Assembly (NCBI GenBank): GCA_041589565.1
Contig: JBFHVL010000001.1
Span: forward strand, 38,364-102,363
Direction: 5' to 3'
DNA length: 64,000 nt
Source of the DNA: Kangiellaceae bacterium
GTDB lineage: Bacteria > Pseudomonadota > Gammaproteobacteria > Enterobacterales > Kangiellaceae
A program made the translations under genes and the position numbers. This document shows, one piece after another, positions 14,593-28,226 of the stretch (its first letter is position 1; every line of letters starts with the position of its first letter). The notes below the pieces were generated by a model, which saw only the letters and a list, made by a program, of their open reading frames with translations, did not search any database and was not told where the DNA came from.

Positions 14593-14840
14593 AACTAATT
14601 TTAGATTACCGCTAGACACTTTGCTGAAAAATCTACATTAGATGCAAGAATACCATATCGTTGAAGCCATGACAGACTAATAAGGTCTACTGCCTCTCAT
14701 TTCAAGTAGTAGCTCATTTTATAAACTTGACAATGCTTATTTTTTATGCAAATCATTGTGTTGGTGCTTCAAATCGTAATAAATATCAAAAAGTTAGCGA
14801 TTTGAGATGTAATCACTGTTCTGGATAGAGGAAAGTTGTC

Positions 14841-15062
14841 ATGCCTACGGGAACCGTCAAATGGTTTAATAACGCCAAAGGTTACGGATTCATTCGATCC
14901 GAGAAAGGTGACGAAGACATCTTCGTTCACTATTCCACAATTGATATGGATGGTTATCGCAGCCTAAAAGCTGGACAGGAAGTTGAGTTTGAAGTGAGTG
15001 AAGGGCCAAAAGGTCTTCATGCTTCGCAAATTGTGCCTAAAGCAGGCGCCAACAGCGAATAA
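14841..15062 (+). CDS. cspD: Cold-shock-domain protein CspD-like
   Basis: GTVKWFNNAKGYGFI RNP-1 motif. It is divergent from clpS, as in E. coli. Confidence 0.87.
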   Translation: MPTGTVKWFNNAKGYGFIRSEKGDEDIFVHYSTIDMDGYRSLKAGQEVEFEVSEGPKGLHASQIVPKAGANSE

Positions 15063-15083
15063 ACTTCATCCGATAGACACAAT

Positions 15084-15116
15084 AAACCTCCGGGTGCTCC
15101 CGGAGGTTTTCTTTTG
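15084..15116 (+). terminator. Rho-independent terminator after cspD
   Basis: aaacctccggg-tgct-cccggaggttt hairpin followed by a T-rich tail. Confidence 0.65.
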
Positions 15117-15139
15117 TCTGCCTAAAACAAAGCTTAACG

Positions 15140-17380
<2,241 letters not shown>

Positions 17381-17722
17381 TTAAATAAAATCTGTTTAAA
17401 ATGCATTCGCCTGACATGCATCTTGTTGGCAAAAAGCCAGGAGCTGGATTACTTGACCGCTCGTCAATGCAAATGGCGCTTATCTACACACTGTGTCCAA
17501 GATTGACTGGCTTTTCTGCACTATCGATTCTGCAGTGTCACAATTAATGAGGTAGACATTGTTTAATTAGCGGCGCGCATTATACGCGAAAATCGAGCCA
17601 ACTGCACTGCACAAAAAGGTCTAAAGCGTTACAATACAACTTGTTAGTGAACGCAGCTCAGTATAGTTCAAATAACGCCCAATGGTTTTCGATGATATTT
17701 TACTCAACTTTTCGAGCAATTA

Positions 17723-18274
17723 ATGAACAAGTCCAATAATCGCAAAATCGTGCTGTTTAACAAACCGTTTAATACACTTTGCCAGTTCACCGGTGAGCCA
17801 GGCGATTCATTGCTTGCTGATTACATTGATATCAAAGACGTTTATGCAGCAGGTCGGCTTGATAAAGATTCTGAAGGCCTGTTGGTATTAACCAACGACG
17901 GAAAGTTACAGCATAAGATTACCGACCCTCGGTATAAAGAAGAAAAGACCTATTGGGTACAAGTTGAAAATATTCCCGATGATAAAGCGCTGAAGCTTTT
18001 AAAGACTGGAGTCGAGTTAAAAGATGGGATTACCCGTCCCGCTAAGGTCAAGCTCATTGAGCCTCCATTAATTTGGCAACGTCAGCCTCCCATAAGAGAG
18101 CGTAAAAATATCCCGACCTGCTGGCTGGAACTCACCATTCGAGAAGGGAAAAATCGTCAGGTGCGTCGTATGACTGCCGCTGTTGGGCATCCTACTTTGC
18201 GGCTTATTCGCTGCCGAGTCGGTCGTTGGGAACTTGGAGATCTCAAACCCGGCGAATACAAACTCATTGAATAA
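17723..18274 (+). CDS. rluE: 23S rRNA pseudouridine synthase RluE
   Basis: RsuA/RluE-family catalytic motif GRLDKDSEGLL, 183 aa, in the rluE-nudJ-mnmA-hflD synteny. Confidence 0.85.
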   Translation: MNKSNNRKIVLFNKPFNTLCQFTGEPGDSLLADYIDIKDVYAAGRLDKDSEGLLVLTNDGKLQHKITDPRYKEEKTYWVQVENIPDDKALKLLKTGVELKDGITRPAKVKLIEPPLIWQRQPPIRERKNIPTCWLELTIREGKNRQVRRMTAAVGHPTLRLIRCRVGRWELGDLKPGEYKLIE

Positions 18275-18288
18275 GAGGATTATCTGAA

Positions 18289-18783
18289 GTGCAGTCCATT
18301 CATGTAACCGTCGCCGCAGTCATTCGTAAAAATGACCGCTATTTAATCGTTGAAGAAACCGACTCCAAAGGCGCAACGGTTTATAATCAACCCGCCGGAC
18401 ACGTCGAGGTTGGCGAGTCGATCATCGATGCTATAGGTCGCGAAGTTAATGAAGAAACAGGTTTAACATTCAACCCTATCTATTTGATAGGAAACTATTT
18501 TTTAAGTCCTGCAACAAATGGCAAGCACTATTTACGCTTCTGCTTTTTTGGTGATGTTCCAGACACAGAGACTCCTATACCGCAGGATCCCGACATAGTC
18601 GCGGCACACTGGATGACGTTGGATGAAATTTGTAATCTGGGTCGAAGTTTACGTAGCGCTTTGGTACTTAAGTGCCTGGAAGATTTCCTAGCGGGACAAA
18701 AGTATCCATTAGAACAGTTCCACTACTGTGACAATGAATTGAAGCTGGCAGACTTGTGTTATACTCGCCTGCCCCAACTATAG
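18289..18783 (+). CDS. nudJ: NUDIX hydrolase (NudJ-like)
   Basis: GTG start. Nudix box GHVEVGESIIDAIGREVNEETGL. It occupies the position between rluE and mnmA. Confidence 0.75.
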   Translation: MQSIHVTVAAVIRKNDRYLIVEETDSKGATVYNQPAGHVEVGESIIDAIGREVNEETGLTFNPIYLIGNYFLSPATNGKHYLRFCFFGDVPDTETPIPQDPDIVAAHWMTLDEICNLGRSLRSALVLKCLEDFLAGQKYPLEQFHYCDNELKLADLCYTRLPQL

Positions 18784-19911
<1,128 letters not shown>

Positions 19912-19923
19912 GGAAATTGTTTC

Positions 19924-20553
19924 GTGGAAAACATTGTTCTTGCGCTAGCAGCTATTTCGCAGGCCATACAACAAGTTCAAAAAGTCGCCTGGAAAGGTGA
20001 AATGGACGACGCCGAAGTATTACCTCTGATAAATAGCGTATTCGTCACAGAGCCACCTTCCATTGTCGATCTCTACTCTGGCAGTGCAAGCCTTACTTCA
20101 GGCCTGCGAATGCTAAGAGCACAACTCGACCCCTCATCATCCAGTGAGCGCAACAGCGAGTTTGGTCGTTATATGGCTAACTTGCTTACTCTGCAGAAAC
20201 AGTTTATGAATAACTCGGAAGTGCAATCGGTACTTTCATCGCGAATTGAGCATACACGACGTTTGCTCGATTATGATGACATGATGTCACCCAATGTGAT
20301 GGCTTCGCTCGCGGATGCCTATTCTCAAAGCATATCGACCTTACCCTTGCGAATTCAGGTTCAGGGTAAGCCTGACGTTCTGCAAAACAAGCTTAATCAA
20401 GATCGCATTCGAGCGCTGCTGTTAACAGGTATTCGAGCCGCTGTACTCTGGCGACAAGTTGGGGGTAAAAAAAGACAATTTTTGTTTAAAAGAAAGCAGC
20501 TTTGCGATACGGCCAGTCAGTTACTAACCCAACCTATTTTTGGCTCAAATTAA
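19924..20553 (+). CDS. hflD: High-frequency-of-lysogenization protein HflD
   Basis: 209 aa. Its position after mnmA and its overall similarity are typical of HflD. Confidence 0.82.
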   Translation: MENIVLALAAISQAIQQVQKVAWKGEMDDAEVLPLINSVFVTEPPSIVDLYSGSASLTSGLRMLRAQLDPSSSSERNSEFGRYMANLLTLQKQFMNNSEVQSVLSSRIEHTRRLLDYDDMMSPNVMASLADAYSQSISTLPLRIQVQGKPDVLQNKLNQDRIRALLLTGIRAAVLWRQVGGKKRQFLFKRKQLCDTASQLLTQPIFGSN

Positions 20554-20592
20554 GAAATAAACATCAAAAACAAGGGCTCTAAAAAGAAAAAA

Positions 20593-20611
20593 GCAGCCTG
20601 AAACAGGCTGC
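20593..20611 (+). terminator. Stem-loop after hflD (weak terminator candidate)
   Basis: gcagcctg-aaa-caggctgc hairpin, but no U-tract follows on the + strand. Confidence 0.3.
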
Positions 20612-20811
20612 AACAAATGCAAAAGGGAGCAATTGAAGAATCACTCTTCAATACCTGAGCGCTTTTGCGTGCGAGCAGGTGAGGCCATTATGAATTTATC
20701 TCAAAATGTGTTCAATGGTACTATTCACACCTTCCTAGATAAAGCTGGCCCTCATTTATCACTGTACCCCTGTGATACTCTTGAAAAAAATTTACTTATA
20801 AAGCTTATTAC

Positions 20812-21489
20812 ATGAACACCTCTGAACTAGTTATTTTTCCAGCGCTTGCAGCTATTTTTCTGGTGGCGTTGTTAGTTGCTCATTATTTCAAACATCACCT
20901 CATCGCCGGCGTTATGAAAGCACTCACCGCTCTAACGGTATTGGCTTATTGCTTTTTGCTTTACACAAGCACCCCATCCACTTACGCACTGTTAATATTA
21001 ATTGCCATAGCACTGGGTGTCGTTGGCGATATATTGTTGATCGGAAGGAGCTCTAAGCTTTTTTTAGCAGGAATGCTGGCCTTCGCAACAGGACACCTAT
21101 TTTATATTGGAGCCTTTTTACAATATTCGTTTCAATGGCTCGAATGGTTTGCGGGAGCGCTGCCTCTTACCTTGGGATTACTGGCCGTTTATCGCTGGCT
21201 TAAACCTGACCTTCGAGGTGCAATGAAAGTAGCGGTACCCTTTTATATGCTAATTCTTGGGCTTATGTGCTCGATCGCTATGAGCACTCGTAACGAAGGC
21301 CAGCTCACCATTATCGCTATCGGGGGGATTCTATTTTTAGTTTCCGACCTCTTTGTCGCTACCCATCGATTTAAAAAGCCCAGGTTTCATGACAAGCTGA
21401 TTGGATTGCCATTATACTTTGCTGCTCAGTTTGTACTTGCCACAAGTATTTTTCGACTAACTACCGATAGCCCCTGGCTACCTATTTAA
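20812..21489 (+). CDS. YhhN-family membrane protein (lysoplasmalogenase family)
   Basis: 225 aa with about 7 TM helices and the general YhhN pattern (GD.LL..., ..FL.SD...A). Confidence 0.7.
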   Translation: MNTSELVIFPALAAIFLVALLVAHYFKHHLIAGVMKALTALTVLAYCFLLYTSTPSTYALLILIAIALGVVGDILLIGRSSKLFLAGMLAFATGHLFYIGAFLQYSFQWLEWFAGALPLTLGLLAVYRWLKPDLRGAMKVAVPFYMLILGLMCSIAMSTRNEGQLTIIAIGGILFLVSDLFVATHRFKKPRFHDKLIGLPLYFAAQFVLATSIFRLTTDSPWLPI

Positions 21490-21510
21490 CAAAGACACCA
21501 GAGGAAACCA

Positions 21511-21687
21511 ATGAAAAGAAAATTAGTTATCGCCAGTATTTTAATCATGGCGCTCTCATCCTGTGCTCCCAAAGTGGGCAGCAAAGAATGGTGCGACGAT
21601 ATGAAGGAAAAGCCCAAAGGCGATTGGACAGCCAATGAGCTTAAAGACTTTACTAAGTATTGTGTATTAAACCAAAAGCCGGAGTAA
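21511..21687 (+). CDS. Small lipoprotein, DUF3012-like (not in the supplied ORF track because it is under 60 aa)
   Basis: 58 codons: MKRKLVIASILIMALSSC (lipobox LSSC), then KVGSKEWCDDMKEKPKGDWTANELKDFTKYC. GAGG lies about 7 nt upstream of the ATG. The stop codon sits in the loop of the downstream terminator. Confidence 0.55.
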   Translation: MKRKLVIASILIMALSSCAPKVGSKEWCDDMKEKPKGDWTANELKDFTKYCVLNQKPE

Positions 21688-21700
21688 ACCGGCTTTTGTC
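21674..21700. terminator. Bidirectional terminator between the DUF3012-like gene and the desaturase gene
   Basis: aaaagccgg-agtaaa-ccggctttt hairpin. Confidence 0.6.
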
Positions 21701-21701
21701 T

Positions 21702-22874
21702 TTAGGCGTACTGCACCTTCAACTGCTTGTTAAATCGCTTCCACTGCTTACGCTGTTCCATGACTGACTGCTTGAGCTTTAACATCTGTTGATATAGCTC
21801 ATGATGCTCACAATTTTCTATTATCTGCTTACGTTGAGCTAATAGCCACTCACGACGCAAACGATAATAATCTGTAAGCTTTGCACAATACCCTTCATAT
21901 TCGGCTTTTAATTTGGCGATTACTTCATCCGCATGTGGTAAATGAGAGAGCTTATGTGTTGTTTGTTTTAACAGCATCTGAGCTTTAGCTTGCTCAATCT
22001 TAACATCATCACTTTTCTTAAGATTCGTCGCTAACCCAAGCCAGGATAATGATTTAATCAACCATTTTGTTGGATCGAATTGCCACCAACGAATCCCATT
22101 GCGATAGTCATTTTGAAAATAGTGATGGAAGTTATGATAGCCTTCCCCATAGGTAAACAAGGCAATTACCCCATTGTCCCGAGCAGTATTTTCGTCGGTA
22201 TATGGCTGTTTACCCCAAATGTGAGCCAGGGAATTAATAAAAAACGTCACATGATGACTGATTACTAATCGTAAAAAGCCGACGGTTAATAGCATTCCCG
22301 CAACATCGTTGTAGATAATGCCGAGAGTTATGGGTACCCCGAAGTTAACCAATAATGTTAGCCACAAATAGTTGCGATGTTGCCACATCACTATGGAATC
22401 GCGCTGTAAGTCCTTAACATTGGAATAATCATTGTAACGCTTGGCTTGATACTCGCGAAGCATCCAGCCGATATGGGAATACCAAAAGCCACGCTTGGCC
22501 GAATAGGGATCTTTATCGTTATCATCGACGAACCGATGGTGAACTCGATGATCAGAGGACCAATGCAGGGCGCTGTTTTGAACGGCGAAGGCTCCACCTA
22601 TGGCAAATATGAAGCGAATCACTGGATGGGCATCGTAGCTTTTGTGCGACCACAAGCGGTGATATCCCGCAGTAATAGACATACCACAAAAGCCAATGGC
22701 AAGGATGGTCCAAACCCAATGAGCGGCTGTGTAACCGTAAACTAGGCCGTACCAAGGTACTCCGATAATGGCGATGAAGGTAGTAAGGGTAAAAACGGAA
22801 ACGTTCAGCCAGATTATTTTCGGCTTTGAAGACTTTACAACTTTTGACATGGAACTTCTCAGATTGATTTTCAT
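21702..22874 (-). CDS. Acyl-CoA (delta-9-type) fatty acid desaturase
   Basis: Three histidine boxes (HRLWSH, HRVHHRF, HNFHHYF) and TM helices. An alternative start at 22850 (MSKVV...) is likely, because an operator abuts the first ATG. Confidence 0.88.
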   Translation of the reverse strand: MKINLRSSMSKVVKSSKPKIIWLNVSVFTLTTFIAIIGVPWYGLVYGYTAAHWVWTILAIGFCGMSITAGYHRLWSHKSYDAHPVIRFIFAIGGAFAVQNSALHWSSDHRVHHRFVDDNDKDPYSAKRGFWYSHIGWMLREYQAKRYNDYSNVKDLQRDSIVMWQHRNYLWLTLLVNFGVPITLGIIYNDVAGMLLTVGFLRLVISHHVTFFINSLAHIWGKQPYTDENTARDNGVIALFTYGEGYHNFHHYFQNDYRNGIRWWQFDPTKWLIKSLSWLGLATNLKKSDDVKIEQAKAQMLLKQTTHKLSHLPHADEVIAKLKAEYEGYCAKLTDYYRLRREWLLAQRKQIIENCEHHELYQQMLKLKQSVMEQRKQWKRFNKQLKVQYA

Positions 22875-22876
22875 TC

Positions 22877-22894
22877 AGCGAACAAGTGTTAGCT
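22877..22894. promoter_or_regulatory. FabR/DesT-type operator palindrome upstream of the desaturase
   Basis: AGCGAACAAGTGTTAGCT is 14/18 self-complementary. It matches 16/18 positions of the E. coli fabB FabR site as I recall it (AGCGTACACGTGTTAGCT). It lies in the desaturase-fabR divergent region. Confidence 0.55.
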
Positions 22895-23028
22895 TATTCG
22901 TCCCGGATTATAGTCATGGTTCCCCAAAACCACAACTTATTGGGTAAAAGTTTGCATTTTTAACGCAAACTGTTATTTGGCGCTGGCCTGACTTATTATT
23001 ACCGCTTCGACCATTATTCGACATCACT

Positions 23029-23652
23029 ATGGCAGGCATTCGAGCACAACAGAAACAAAAGACCCGACAAGCGATCATTCATGCAGCGCTCAACCAATTA
23101 AGCGCCGAGCAAAGTTTCGCAAACTTGAGCCTGCGCGAAGTGGCACGTGAAGCAGGTATTGCTCCCACGTCTTTTTATCGGCATTTCAAAGACATGGAAG
23201 AACTAGGACTTACCTTGGTGGATGAATGTGGATTAACGTTACGGCAACTGATGCGAAGCGCAAGACGTCGTTTTGATGAAGGAATCAGCGTCATCGAAGT
23301 CTCGGTCGAAGTTTTTATGGAATTTGTCGAACAAAATCCAAATATCTTTCGTTTATTACTGCGCGAACGTTCCGGCACCTCGAGAGCGTTCCGTGAGGCT
23401 ATCGCTCGAGAGGAAGAGCACCTTACCGCTGAACTTGAAGAGTATCTAATCCAATCCACAGGCTTGCCGGGCAATGTTGCAAGGATTCAGGCCGAAGCTC
23501 TGGTTACCCTTACGTTTAACAATGGAGCTGAGTATCTTGACGCCAGCGCAGATCGCCGACAAACCTTAATAGAAAATACCATCATGCAGCTAAGATTTGT
23601 GGCTCATGGAGCCAACGCTTACGTTCTGGCACAGCAGTCAAACGGGCGTTAG
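23029..23652 (+). CDS. fabR: TetR-family repressor FabR (unsaturated fatty-acid regulator)
   Basis: N-terminal TetR HTH ([21 protein letters not shown]). It is divergent from a desaturase, and a FabR-like operator is present. Confidence 0.8.
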   Translation: MAGIRAQQKQKTRQAIIHAALNQLSAEQSFANLSLREVAREAGIAPTSFYRHFKDMEELGLTLVDECGLTLRQLMRSARRRFDEGISVIEVSVEVFMEFVEQNPNIFRLLLRERSGTSRAFREAIAREEEHLTAELEEYLIQSTGLPGNVARIQAEALVTLTFNNGAEYLDASADRRQTLIENTIMQLRFVAHGANAYVLAQQSNGR

Positions 23653-24437
23653 GTAACACTGGCTTTCCACTCGTTCGACTTTTGGAGACGATGGTTTCTA
23701 CTAACAAAATGTCGTAACAGATAGAAGAGACCAACTGCCGCAAGAATATGCTTTAATGAATGCCCAGAAATAATCTCGCCAATAGCCAGAATTTCTCCAT
23801 CAAATTGCTCGAACAGTTTAGCGACAACATAAAAGGCAAATAATAGCCAATAACCTTTTGTTGATGAATAACGCGATGGATACATCAATAACATTGCAGG
23901 AATTAACAACATAGGTAAAAACTGAACCAACACATAAAGTCTTAAATCACCTACGCCCTGGCTTTCGCTCCAATACCAATAGATAACAGATACAATTCCG
24001 ATCATCATCAGAGGTATCCATAAGATTTTAGCGCCCCGTTCCGACACCTGCTCAGCTATCACAACAGTTAGCAATGACATGAATACGAAAGTCATGGGTA
24101 ATCGATCGAACATCAGTGAAAAATGGTCAGGATGCCAGTGGAAAAAACTCGAACCGGCACAGATCAACAGAGCGCCGAAATAAATTGTTTGATAAGTTAG
24201 CTTTAGTTTTTCAGGAATGTTGGCGGAGCCGAGTTGTTTTAAGCCTAAATAACCAACAATAAAAAATGGAATGTTAGATACCACATTCCAAAAATTAGGA
24301 ATTCCAAAAAAGCTTCGAGTATCGGCAAAAGTATGAAATTCGCTTAATTGTGGAATAGGCGGCGACAGAAAAAACATCATCGCCGTAGCAATGACTGCAA
24401 AAAGAAACAGGCTCCAGTTTTTAACGGTGGTGTTCAT
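23649..24437 (-). CDS. Ceramidase-like (alkaline ceramidase/CREST superfamily) integral membrane protein
   Basis: 262 aa with 7 TM helices and conserved His/Asp positions (FHWHPD..., DRLPM, GHSLKH). Confidence 0.55.
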   Translation of the reverse strand: MNTTVKNWSLFLFAVIATAMMFFLSPPIPQLSEFHTFADTRSFFGIPNFWNVVSNIPFFIVGYLGLKQLGSANIPEKLKLTYQTIYFGALLICAGSSFFHWHPDHFSLMFDRLPMTFVFMSLLTVVIAEQVSERGAKILWIPLMMIGIVSVIYWYWSESQGVGDLRLYVLVQFLPMLLIPAMLLMYPSRYSSTKGYWLLFAFYVVAKLFEQFDGEILAIGEIISGHSLKHILAAVGLFYLLRHFVSRNHRLQKSNEWKASVT

Positions 24438-24572
24438 CGACTTGTCCAGCTATTGTTGTTTGAGCAACTATTAAACTGGGACTCGCCTTCTAAGGAAAGT
24501 CGTTATGTTCAAGTATAGCTTATTGATACTTTTGGTATTGCCAACTGCTTAACCCTAAGCCTTATAGATGGA

Positions 24573-25226
24573 CTAGCCTCTCTTTCGAAATACAAAATAA
24601 TGAAATAACTGCTGGCTCGCCCACGGAGTTAAATGCTCATGAGTCAAACTGGAGACCAGTTGAAATTTATCGCCCAGTAATTGAATCATACGCGGCTCAT
24701 CGTATTGCTGAATGCTAAGACCACTGCACTTTTCAGGACCGCCCACAGCAAAGGTAGCAATGACGGCATAGCCATTGGGCTTTAATGCTTGGTCCAAACG
24801 ACGGACATAGGACGCTTGAGCACTGCTATCAGTTAGGAAGTGTAATACCGCTCGATCATGCCAAATATCGAAAGGCTTCTTGCATTCAAATCTGGTGACA
24901 TCATCGACATACCACTCTATGGAATCGGCCAGTTTACCTGCTTTTTGTTTATTTCGCGCTATTGCCGCTGCAGAAATATCAAGTACGGCCCCTTCTGAGA
25001 CTAAGCTCGAGTCCATCAGATTGTAAATTAAATTTGAAGTTCCTCCACCTACATCAAGTGCCCGAGGACTATTGATTGCTTTAACCAATGGAGTGATTAA
25101 TGAAAGAGATATATCTGGCGACTTCTGATGCCAACTGGTTTCAGTATCTGCTTTATTGGAGTAAACCTGCTCCCAATGAGATTTTGCATCTGTCTTGTTT
25201 AAACTTGGCGACACTTGTTTTGACAT
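24573..25226 (-). CDS. Class I SAM-dependent methyltransferase
   Basis: Motif I ALDVGGGTS. The size (217 aa) is typical. Confidence 0.7.
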   Translation of the reverse strand: MSKQVSPSLNKTDAKSHWEQVYSNKADTETSWHQKSPDISLSLITPLVKAINSPRALDVGGGTSNLIYNLMDSSLVSEGAVLDISAAAIARNKQKAGKLADSIEWYVDDVTRFECKKPFDIWHDRAVLHFLTDSSAQASYVRRLDQALKPNGYAVIATFAVGGPEKCSGLSIQQYDEPRMIQLLGDKFQLVSSLTHEHLTPWASQQLFHYFVFRKRG

Positions 25227-25293
25227 AATTAAAACTAAATATTATTCGACGGATTGAACCACAAAGCTTACTCAATAAGTTAACTCTTTAGCT

Positions 25294-25323
25294 ACAAAAA
25301 AGCCCGCAATAATGCGGGCTTTT
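25294..25323 (-). terminator. Rho-independent terminator after acnB
   Basis: agcccgca-ataa-tgcgggct hairpin, followed by a T-run on the minus strand. Confidence 0.65.
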
Positions 25324-25337
25324 AAGCGACTTAATGA

Positions 25338-27932
25338 TTATGCGTCAACCGTTACCTGATTGGTGACAGGAATAGTGACCGTATTGGCTTTTTGCTTATA
25401 CTCTTCCATTTGGTGAAAGTTCATGTATTTGTAGATATCGTTTGCCATGCTATCGATATCCTTGGCGTACTCCAAATACTCTTCTACCGTTGGTAGTTTG
25501 CCCATCAACGCAGCGACTGCTGCCAGTTCAGCAGATGCCAGATAAACATTGGCGCCTTGACCTAAACGGTTCGGGAAGTTACGGGTTGACGTAGAAACAA
25601 CCGTTGATTTAGGTGCAACTCGTGCCTGATTCCCCATACACAAAGAACACCCTGGCATTTCCAGACGGGCACCGGCTCGACCGTAGATATTGTAGTAGCC
25701 CTCTTCCATCAATTGGTGCTCATCCATTTTAGTAGGAGGAGCCAACCATAAGCGTGTATTTAATGTTCCCGGCTCAACTTTATCGAGTAATTTACCCGCG
25801 GCACGGAAATGACCGATGTTAGTCATACAAGAACCGATGAATACTTCATCGATCTTGTCGCCCGCTACTTCGCTTAATAAACGCGCATCATCGGGATCAT
25901 TCGGCGCACACAATACAGGCTCTTTTAACTCGTTTAAGTCGATTTCGATAACGGCAGTGTACTCCGCGTCTTTATCAGCGCGCATTAGTTTAGGATCTGC
26001 GATCCACTCTTCCATTTTCTCAATACGACGTGACAAGGTACGCTCATCGCCATAACCATTGGCAATCATCCATTTAAGCAGAACGATGTTCGATTGCAGG
26101 TATTCAGACACCGACTCTTCAGACAGGTCAATGGTACAGCCTGCCGCTGAACGCTCAGCCGAAGCATCGGAAAGTTCAAATGCCTGTTCAACCGTTAGAT
26201 TGGGCAAACCTTCGATTTCCAGAATGCGTCCGGAGAAAATGTTTTTCTTGCCCGCTTTTTCAACCGTCAACAAACCTTCTTTGATCGCGTAATAAGGAAT
26301 AGCGTGTACCAGATCGCGTAAGGTAATCCCAGGTTGCATTTCACCTTTAAAGCGCACCAACACGGATTCGGGCATATCCAGTGGCATAACGCCGGTTGCT
26401 GCTGCAAAAGCTACCAAACCGGACCCTGCAGGAAATGAAATACCCATTGGGAAACGAGTATGCGAGTCACCACCCGTACCTACAGTGTCAGGGAGCAACA
26501 TACGATTCAGCCAACTGTGGATAATACCGTCTCCAGGTCGCAATGACACACCACCACGATTACGAATAAAGTCAGGCAAAGTGTGCTGAGTTTCAATATC
26601 GACAGGCTTTGGATAAGCCGCAGTGTGACAGAAGGACTGCATAACAAGATCAGCCGAGAAGCCGAGACAAGCTAAGTCTTTAAGCTCATCACGAGTCATA
26701 GGCCCGGTGGTATCTTGCGAACCAACAGTAGTCATTTTAGGCTCGCAGTACTGGCCAGGACGAATGCCTTCTACACCACAAGCTTTACCCACCATTTTTT
26801 GCGCTAAGGTGAAGCCTTTACCCGAATCTTGAACTTCGGCAGGTTTACGGAAGAAGTCGGCTTCTGGCAGACCCAGAAACTCACGTGCTTTGGCAGTTAA
26901 GCCACGACCGATGATCATCGGGATTCGTCCGCCCGCTTGCACTTCATCTAACAGCACATCGGTTTTCAATTCAAACTGAGCAATTGCTTTACCGTCTTTC
27001 TCAACTCGACCTTCGTAAGGATATACATCAATTACGTCACCCATATTCATATTAGTCACATCGACTTCAAAGGGTAACGCTCCGGCGTCTTCCATTGTAT
27101 TGAAGAAGATGGGGGCAATTTTGCCACCGAGACAGAAGCCACCACCGCGCTTGTTAGGTACATAGGGAATGTCGTCACCCGTATGCCACAACACTGAGTT
27201 GGTTGCCGATTTACGTGATGAGCCTGTTCCTACTACATCACCAACATAGGCTACCGGATGCCCTTTCTTCTTTAACTCTTCGATTATTTCGATAGGATCG
27301 CCATCAATACCGTCACGTGGATTTTTCAACATGGCCAGTGCATGTAAGGGTATATCAGGACGCGACCAGGCATCTTGTGCAGGTGATAAGTCATCAGTGT
27401 TGGTTTCACCGGGAACTTTAAATACGGTTAAGGTAATTTTTTCCGGCAGCGCGGGTTTTGATTTAAACCATTCGGCATCGGCCCATGATTGAATCACTTC
27501 TTTCGCAACTTCATTACCCTCTTTCGCTTTGTCAGCAACATCATGGAAAGCATCAAACATTAATAAGGTATGTTTTAGCTTTTCACCTGCTAAAGGAGCC
27601 AGCTCACTGTCATCAAGCAGTTCAACCAGAGTTGCGATGTTGTATCCACCTAACATAGTACCTAACAACTTAACCGCGTGCTTTTTATCCACCAGAGGCG
27701 AAGTGACTTCACCTTTAGCAATAGCCGTTAAGAATCCCGCTTTAACATATGCGGCTTCATCAACACCGGGTGGTACTCGATGAGTTAAAAGCTCTACCAA
27801 AAATTCTTCTTCCCCAGCAGGAGGTGCTTTTAGCAGCTCCACTAGTTGATTGACTTGCTCGGCAGACAGGGGCTTGGGCGGAATACCTTGAGCGGCGCGT
27901 TCTTCAACATGCTTTCGATAGGCTTCTAACAC
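25338..27932 (-). CDS. acnB: Aconitate hydratase B / 2-methylisocitrate dehydratase
   Basis: 864 aa starting [22 protein letters not shown], with Fe-S ligand regions ([17 protein letters not shown]). Confidence 0.95.
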   Translation of the reverse strand: MLEAYRKHVEERAAQGIPPKPLSAEQVNQLVELLKAPPAGEEEFLVELLTHRVPPGVDEAAYVKAGFLTAIAKGEVTSPLVDKKHAVKLLGTMLGGYNIATLVELLDDSELAPLAGEKLKHTLLMFDAFHDVADKAKEGNEVAKEVIQSWADAEWFKSKPALPEKITLTVFKVPGETNTDDLSPAQDAWSRPDIPLHALAMLKNPRDGIDGDPIEIIEELKKKGHPVAYVGDVVGTGSSRKSATNSVLWHTGDDIPYVPNKRGGGFCLGGKIAPIFFNTMEDAGALPFEVDVTNMNMGDVIDVYPYEGRVEKDGKAIAQFELKTDVLLDEVQAGGRIPMIIGRGLTAKAREFLGLPEADFFRKPAEVQDSGKGFTLAQKMVGKACGVEGIRPGQYCEPKMTTVGSQDTTGPMTRDELKDLACLGFSADLVMQSFCHTAAYPKPVDIETQHTLPDFIRNRGGVSLRPGDGIIHSWLNRMLLPDTVGTGGDSHTRFPMGISFPAGSGLVAFAAATGVMPLDMPESVLVRFKGEMQPGITLRDLVHAIPYYAIKEGLLTVEKAGKKNIFSGRILEIEGLPNLTVEQAFELSDASAERSAAGCTIDLSEESVSEYLQSNIVLLKWMIANGYGDERTLSRRIEKMEEWIADPKLMRADKDAEYTAVIEIDLNELKEPVLCAPNDPDDARLLSEVAGDKIDEVFIGSCMTNIGHFRAAGKLLDKVEPGTLNTRLWLAPPTKMDEHQLMEEGYYNIYGRAGARLEMPGCSLCMGNQARVAPKSTVVSTSTRNFPNRLGQGANVYLASAELAAVAALMGKLPTVEEYLEYAKDIDSMANDIYKYMNFHQMEEYKQKANTVTIPVTNQVTVDA

Positions 27933-28226
27933 GTGTCGTTCCTCGTTTGAATGCTAGGATTGATTCAACCAGAATGCCGCCGAAGTGCTTAAATTAAGGC
28001 CCGATAATAGCGACATCCCGAAATTTGGGTGCATAATTATACAGGATGCAGTTCAGATAATAAATTAGTACCTTTGGTTACAAAGGCCAACTTTAATAAA
28101 ATTAAAGGCCTTTAAACTGAAATTGCTACTTATTTAAGCAACTGAATGCGATAGATCTGGAAAGGAACGATTACAGTGCATCAAAAAATTAACGTATATT
28201 TTTCAACCAGGTTAATAATCAAATCG

